From the IMG/VR virus record IMGVR_UViG_3300020048_000025: a stretch of 64,000 nucleotides of DNA; one strand, given 5' to 3'. The DNA is from an uncultured virus (IMG/VR IMGVR_UViG_3300020048_000025) (Duplodnaviria; Heunggongvirae; Uroviricota; Caudoviricetes). Under the pieces are notes generated by a model. That model was not told where the DNA came from, did no database searches, and was given only the letters and a program-made list of their open reading frames with translations. The position numbers were made by a program, and so were the translations under genes. Shown piece after piece: positions 58,803 to 64,000 of this stretch. Positions within the stretch are counted from its first letter, which is position 1, and the number at the start of each line of letters is the position of its first letter.

Positions 58803-60089
58803 ATGGCAAACCTAACCCTTCGCTCCAATTTGAGCCGCTCACTCACCCATGCTGAGTTAGATGGCAACTTTGAATATTTCACCGGCTCTATCGACGCGAT
58901 AAACGATGCAACTGGCTCGTTTTTAACTAGCGCAGATACCGGTTCATTCCTCACCGCAGCACAAACAGCGTCGCTGAACATTTCAAATACATTATATACT
59001 GTTAATTCCGCGTTGAGCGCGAGTACAACATCATCTGCAACTACATCTATATGTTCATATAGTGTAAACGTATTTGAATACGTTACACCAACTAATTTTG
59101 CTACAAAATTACCAGAAATACCAACAACAGGTAAAAGTGTACGCATTATCAATAATGGTAGTACATTATTATCGGTTTTCCCATCAAATGTTGGTGGCCG
59201 TGTTAACAACTACCCCGTAAATACACCGGCAATTATACCACCGGATGGAAATTTATATGAGTTCATTTGTATTGAAAACCCACTACCAGGTGAATGGACA
59301 TGGTCTGCACCAGCAACTGGGCAATATGATAGTGGTGAGTTAAGTAGCTCAATCAGTGCATTAACAATAGATGGAGCATACAACCCAGTTATATCTGCGT
59401 ATAACTCAACACGTATTTATACTACATATCAATTTAATAGTGCAAACTGGGGACAAAATGGAAAAAACCAATCCAATTTAGTAGTTAACAACTTTGGTGG
59501 TGGAAAATATTCAGTAGCATTCAGACCGGATACAGCATGGAAAGGTATTAGCAAAATCAAAGTATATACCAATTTAATCAATGGTACTAGAACTAGAGCA
59601 ACTGTGGCTAGAATAGCTGCTGGGGGGCAAGCCGACCATTACTCATTAGCTGAAGGGAAATTTATATCAACAAACAGTACATACCAGGGCGACAACAATG
59701 AGTTATTTAGAGTATCTTTAACCAAACCAATTACCGGAACTGCAGTAACTGGTAGCACTCAATACACATCAGCAAATATAGGCGACCCCGGTACATTATG
59801 GGCTGAGAAAGTAGCATATTCAGACCAATATGATTCAGATGTTAGCTTGGGTGCAAATGTGGGTACTACAATTGGTAACAAATCATTAAACAATGCTTTC
59901 CCTTACCCATACGCTACGGGTAGTTACGAAGATGCAAATGGTGATTACACAGAAATATATCAAGGTAACCCATGCGAATTATTTTATTCATCTTACATAT
60001 CATTCCAGATTCAACCATTTGCATATGACTTCGACTACGGTGCTATCCCAGATTTCAAATTCAGATTCATAATCGAATATTACCAATAA
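58803..60089 (+). CDS. fibre/decoration-like structural protein, paralog B
   Basis: same N- and C-termini as paralog A, divergent middle. Confidence 0.65.
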   Translation: MANLTLRSNLSRSLTHAELDGNFEYFTGSIDAINDATGSFLTSADTGSFLTAAQTASLNISNTLYTVNSALSASTTSSATTSICSYSVNVFEYVTPTNFATKLPEIPTTGKSVRIINNGSTLLSVFPSNVGGRVNNYPVNTPAIIPPDGNLYEFICIENPLPGEWTWSAPATGQYDSGELSSSISALTIDGAYNPVISAYNSTRIYTTYQFNSANWGQNGKNQSNLVVNNFGGGKYSVAFRPDTAWKGISKIKVYTNLINGTRTRATVARIAAGGQADHYSLAEGKFISTNSTYQGDNNELFRVSLTKPITGTAVTGSTQYTSANIGDPGTLWAEKVAYSDQYDSDVSLGANVGTTIGNKSLNNAFPYPYATGSYEDANGDYTEIYQGNPCELFYSSYISFQIQPFAYDFDYGAIPDFKFRFIIEYYQ

Positions 60090-60092
60090 AAT

Positions 60093-60131
60093 ATGGGCTC
60101 TTAACTGAGCCCATTTTTTTTCATATGTATA
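60093..60131 (+). terminator. terminator plus late motif, copy 2
   Basis: same sequence as the copy at 57444. Confidence 0.85.
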
Positions 60132-60146
60132 CCCAAATACAACCCT

Positions 60147-61301
60147 ATGGCAAACATCCCCATATACCCAGGCTCATCGTCATTTTCCCCAGGGCGTACC
60201 CCGTTTGGATTCTACGATGCAGATACACAATTCCAAGGCGACTCAGACAAATTCACTACATTTGCTTCGCGTCGACTAGGTTATCCATTAGTGGAAATCG
60301 AATTGCAAGATTTGAACTTCTACGCTGCTTTCGAAGAAGCCATAACCACATATGGTAATGAGTTATATGCATACCAGGTAGCTGAAAATTTATTGACATA
60401 TCAGGGTGCACCTACAACCATTAACCCAGGAAACAATGAATTGGTACAAGATAATTTCGCTTCTATTGTTCGTATGTCAAACCAGTATGGAACAGAGGCC
60501 GGTGTTGGTGGAACTATTGAATATCATACGGGTTCGATTGTACTTAGTCCGGGTCAGCAAACGTACGACTTAAACGAGTGGGCAACATCTCAAAGTATTT
60601 CGGGCTCCATTGAAATCAAACGCGTATTTTACGAGGCGTCACCTGCCATCACACGATACTTTGACCCATACGCGGGTACAGGTACTGGAATGATGCAAAT
60701 GATGGACAGTTTTGGATGGGGTGGGTATTCACCAGCAATCAACTTTTTGTTGATGCCTATGAATTACGATTTGCAGAAAATTCAAGCAATTGAATTGAAT
60801 GACCAAATCCGTAAATCGCAATACACATTTGAATTAGTGAACAACAAATTGAAATTGTTTCCCATTCCTAAAACATCATCCATTCAAATATTGTATTTCC
60901 ACTACATGTTAACGTCTGATCGAAATCAACCATATGTTGATCGAAACGGTGTTAGCATTATCACCAATGTATCCAACGTTCCATTCACTAACCCATCATA
61001 TACTCAAATCAATTCAATTGGTAGACAATGGATATTCGAATATGGGTTAGCGATAGTGAAAGAGATACTCGGATACGTTAGAGGAAAATACACCACCATA
61101 CCAATCCCAGGCTCCGAAGTTACATTAAACCAGAGCGATTTAATCACCGCAGCAACAACTGAAAAAAACGCATTAATTGAACGCCTCCGAGTATATTTAG
61201 ACTCAACATCACGTACCAGTTTAATGGAGAAAAAAGCAAACGAATCAAAATACCAAAACGACACAATAGGTCAGGTACCAATGACCATATTCGTAGGTTA
61301 A
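60147..61301 (+). CDS. neck protein (T4 gp13-like)
   Basis: RRLGYPLVEIEL..; WI.EY.LA..KE.LG.VRGKY..P..VTLN. Confidence 0.8.
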   Translation: MANIPIYPGSSSFSPGRTPFGFYDADTQFQGDSDKFTTFASRRLGYPLVEIELQDLNFYAAFEEAITTYGNELYAYQVAENLLTYQGAPTTINPGNNELVQDNFASIVRMSNQYGTEAGVGGTIEYHTGSIVLSPGQQTYDLNEWATSQSISGSIEIKRVFYEASPAITRYFDPYAGTGTGMMQMMDSFGWGGYSPAINFLLMPMNYDLQKIQAIELNDQIRKSQYTFELVNNKLKLFPIPKTSSIQILYFHYMLTSDRNQPYVDRNGVSIITNVSNVPFTNPSYTQINSIGRQWIFEYGLAIVKEILGYVRGKYTTIPIPGSEVTLNQSDLITAATTEKNALIERLRVYLDSTSRTSLMEKKANESKYQNDTIGQVPMTIFVG

Positions 61302-61318
61302 TTTAAAATAATATACAC

Positions 61319-61825
61319 ATGGCTCTTTTTGGATCTCAACGCGATGTTTCGCTATTCAGACATATTAACCGCGAATTACTGTGGGACGTTATCACTCAAC
61401 AGTGTGCCGTGTATAAACTTAAACTAGACCAAACTAAAGTAAACATATATGGTGAAGCATCCGGCGAGCGATTCTATTTTGACCCGGTGCTCATCAACGT
61501 ACTAATTCAACGTGGCGACAAAACACAATCATCTAGTGATATGGGTGTGGACGCATCCCGTGAAATGGAATTCCGTTTCTTGCGCGACGATTTAGTACTA
61601 TTTAATCTAGTACCCGAAGTTGGCGACATCATTCTATACCAAGAAAGCTATTTCGAGGTAGACAACGTAAACGACAATCAATTATTCGTTGGAAAAGACC
61701 CGGACTACCCATACAATCAAAACCCATTAAATCCAGGACTGGAAGAATTCGGTACTAACATGTCAATCATAGTCAAAGCACATCTTACACCAGCGGATCG
61801 CGTACAAATAACCAGAGAACGTTAA
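61319..61825 (+). CDS. head-closure/neck protein (T4 gp14-like)
   Basis: NIYGEA..F; PEVGDII..YFEV; follows the gp13-like gene. Confidence 0.7.
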   Translation: MALFGSQRDVSLFRHINRELLWDVITQQCAVYKLKLDQTKVNIYGEASGERFYFDPVLINVLIQRGDKTQSSSDMGVDASREMEFRFLRDDLVLFNLVPEVGDIILYQESYFEVDNVNDNQLFVGKDPDYPYNQNPLNPGLEEFGTNMSIIVKAHLTPADRVQITRER

Positions 61826-61831
61826 ACATAT

Positions 61832-62620
61832 ATGGCAGAAACACCATCATCCAGACCATCGAAACGACTAAACCAATTCCGTAATGCTGCAATCACTATC
61901 ACATACACTGACAGTGTAGTGAACGCTGCCGCAACCGCTATTAATACCACCACTACCGCACTGGGTAATACAATTAATACCAATTTCACGGCATTGTCCC
62001 AATCAATGGAAATAGCCAAGTCATCCACATCTGAGTCAATGGCGCGTGTTACAACATCGTTATCTCAATCAATCGATGGATTCACATTAACCATGGCTAG
62101 CCAATCCATAGCATTGGAAACCGTGAGAGATTTAGCGTTATCCAACACGAAATCAACCAATATACACGTAAACAAAGAGATTCCCATTGGCTCTATCAAC
62201 GGAACAAATTCAACGTTTACTTTGCGCAATATTCCCGTAAACGGAAGCGAGCACATATATTTGAATGGTTTGTTGATTGAGGAAGGATCCCAAACCGACT
62301 ACACCATTTCCGGTTCAACCATCACATTTAGTGAGCCATTGTGGGAAGGAGCAAAACTCCATTGCACATACTACTATGCAACCGAAACCACAGTACGCCT
62401 ATTCGCAGACAAAGAACAACCATATGGCTCCATCAATAGCACAAACACCACATTCCAGTTAGCACACGAACCAGTACTAGGTAGCGAGCACATATATTTA
62501 AATGGTTTGCTACAAGAGGGCAGTGGAAACGACTATACAATCACTGGAAACACAATAGTATTTGAAATGGCGCCGCAAACCGATACCAGATTGCGCTGTA
62601 CTTACTACTACGAAGTGTAA
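61832..62620 (+). CDS. structural protein with two tandem beta domains
   Basis: duplicated KE.P.GSIN.TN.TF.L...PV.GSEHIYLNGLL..G...DYTI. Confidence 0.7.
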   Translation: MAETPSSRPSKRLNQFRNAAITITYTDSVVNAAATAINTTTTALGNTINTNFTALSQSMEIAKSSTSESMARVTTSLSQSIDGFTLTMASQSIALETVRDLALSNTKSTNIHVNKEIPIGSINGTNSTFTLRNIPVNGSEHIYLNGLLIEEGSQTDYTISGSTITFSEPLWEGAKLHCTYYYATETTVRLFADKEQPYGSINSTNTTFQLAHEPVLGSEHIYLNGLLQEGSGNDYTITGNTIVFEMAPQTDTRLRCTYYYEV

Positions 62621-62700
62621 TTAATAGAAATATACACAATGTTTCAAATCTCCTATTTTTTCCCCGGAGTGCGTTATATGTATAATTAAAATACCTTTAG

Positions 62701-62934
62701 ATGAACTTGGAAAATTTATACACAACCTCAGATTTATATTTAACAGCCTACCTTAAAATTAAGGGGCACCGTTTCACAGTGGAAAAATCTGCAAAGAAAT
62801 CCACATTCATGTTTAACCAAACGCCCGATTTACTATCACATGTAGATGAATATTTAACGGAAACGGGTTCGTGCGAACCTTTAGCATTTACCAATGCTAT
62901 AAAGAACTTGAAGAACTTGCTATTCAATAGGTAG
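62701..62934 (+). CDS. small DUF5659-like protein
   Basis: YTTSDLYLTAYL..G..F.F. Confidence 0.55.
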   Translation: MNLENLYTTSDLYLTAYLKIKGHRFTVEKSAKKSTFMFNQTPDLLSHVDEYLTETGSCEPLAFTNAIKNLKNLLFNR

Positions 62935-62994
62935 TAATTTCTCGAATAGTTCAACTAGTTAACTATTTAATTAATTTCTTTAAATCTACAAAGA

Positions 62995-64000
62995 ATGAGT
63001 AAAATTACTAAAATTGTATTGGACAAACAGTCCGACTTGATCTTAACTAACGCTACGTTGACAACACCACAAGGTCTTGTTAAAAGTGACGTTTCAGGGT
63101 TAGTTACAGATTTAGCGAACTTAGTGACTGCTGACTCAACTGAAGCTGCTGCCCGCATTGCTGGTGATACTGCTTTATCTGAGTCTTTAGCTGCTGAGGT
63201 TGCTGCCCGCATTGCTGACGTTAATACGGAAGAGTCAAGAGCATTGGCTGCTGAAGCTACATTGTCTGCATCTATCGCTACTGAAATCGCAGCTAGAATT
63301 GCTGACGTTGACGCTGAGGAAACTCGCGCATTGGCTGCTGAAGCTGCATTGAGCGCTTCATTGGCTGCTGAAACTGCTAACCGTATCACAGATGTTAACG
63401 CTGAGGAAACTCGTGCATTAGCTGCTGAAGCTACATTGTCTGCATCTGTTGCAACAGAGGTTGCTGCACGTGAATTAGCTGTATCTAACGAAGTTACTGC
63501 ACGTATCTCAGGTGATACTGCATTGTCTGCTTCTTTAGCTGCTGAAATAACTGCACGTTTAGCTGCTGACGCTGCTGAAGTTGCTGATCGTATTGCTGGT
63601 GATACTACATTGCAAGCAAACATCAACGCTGAAGCAACAACACGTACTAATTCAGACATCGCTTTACAAGCAAACATCAACACTGAAGTAACACGTTCAC
63701 AAGCTGCTGAAGCTGCAATCGCTGCTGACTTAGCTACAGAAATTGCTAACCGTATCTCAGATGTAAACGCTGAAGAAACAAGAGCATTAGCTGCTGAAGC
63801 AATTTTGTCTAGCTCTATTTCAACTGAAGCAACTAGAGCAATCGCTGCTGAATTAGTATTGCAAGGTAACATCAACACTGAAACAGCTCGTATCAACGCA
63901 ATCTTGTCTGCATCAAACGCTGACTACGATCAATTCGTAGAAATCGTTAATTTGATCAACTCTGTTGACACTGCAAACGACGAGGCATTTGCTGGATATG
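62995..64000 (+). CDS. long coiled-coil fibre protein (runs off window; not in ORF track)
   Basis: MSKITKIVLDKQ..; repeats of EETRALAAEATLSAS.A.E...RI.DV.A; no stop before the window end. Confidence 0.85.
   Translation, partial: MSKITKIVLDKQSDLILTNATLTTPQGLVKSDVSGLVTDLANLVTADSTEAAARIAGDTALSESLAAEVAARIADVNTEESRALAAEATLSASIATEIAARIADVDAEETRALAAEAALSASLAAETANRITDVNAEETRALAAEATLSASVATEVAARELAVSNEVTARISGDTALSASLAAEITARLAADAAEVADRIAGDTTLQANINAEATTRTNSDIALQANINTEVTRSQAAEAAIAADLATEIANRISDVNAEETRALAAEAILSSSISTEATRAIAAELVLQGNINTETARINAILSASNADYDQFVEIVNLINSVDTANDEAFAGY

Larger units (their letters stand above)
8149..62685 (+). promoter_or_regulatory. dispersed late-promoter-like motif ATAT(T/G)TAT(A/T/C)
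   Basis: short intergenic copies near 8149, 11708, 15081, 17710, 24290, 27001, 29181, 33119, 37982, 42432, 43102, 48352, 54955, 57474, 60123, 62677, mostly ahead of structural/head genes (also 5479). Confidence 0.7.

Noticed and set aside
62967..63896. 309-aa minus-strand ORF and other antisense ORFs in the track
   Set aside because: Shadow frames of well-supported + strand genes
1..64000. Stop-codon reassignment, tRNAs, introns or inteins
   Set aside because: Core genes are intact in code 11 with TAA, TAG and TGA all used as stops; no cloverleaf recognised; terminase, portal, primase and capsid genes appear uninterrupted

Overview
The window is a 64 kb segment of a large lytic T4-superfamily myophage (distant 'Far-T4'-like), read in genetic code 11. 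Essentially all credible genes are on the + strand. The host is probably in Bacteroidota: promoters resemble TTG-N20-TAnnTTT, leaders are A-rich without Shine-Dalgarno sites, and there is an Hc1-like gene and a Gln+1 signal peptide. Layout: (1) 1-7500 is a G/A-rich array of small early genes, most behind a strictly spaced GG-N22-TCGTATATTYMRGYATA element (17 copies), interrupted by a repeat-rich non-coding block at about 1330-2700. (2) 7500-8150 is a non-coding G-rich to C-rich compositional flip. (3) 8.2-12 kb holds an HD hydrolase and a gp55-like late sigma factor. (4) 12-27 kb is the baseplate/tail module. (5) 27-44 kb holds primase, exonuclease, nucleotide enzymes, a homing endonuclease and many proteins with a shared N-terminal amphipathic leader. 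(6) 44-55 kb holds spanin-like genes, terminase, portal, prohead protease, scaffold and major capsid protein. (7) 55-64 kb holds a homing endonuclease, PhoH, duplicated fibre-like genes, neck genes and a coiled-coil fibre. The best candidate for a new system is modular capsid cargo loading. Two acidic early-region proteins begin with a near copy of the scaffold's C-terminal peptide (LRMQMLAGII vs NRMRKLAGLI). About a dozen others carry an 'L++ II+E' leader and (I/L)xE maturation-type sites that flank swappable domains. Other notable signals are an [S/T]-x-S motif concentrated in exterior virion proteins, 13-bp iteron-like arrays, and a pseudoknot/terminator switch. All functional calls come from motif recognition by eye; no searches were run.
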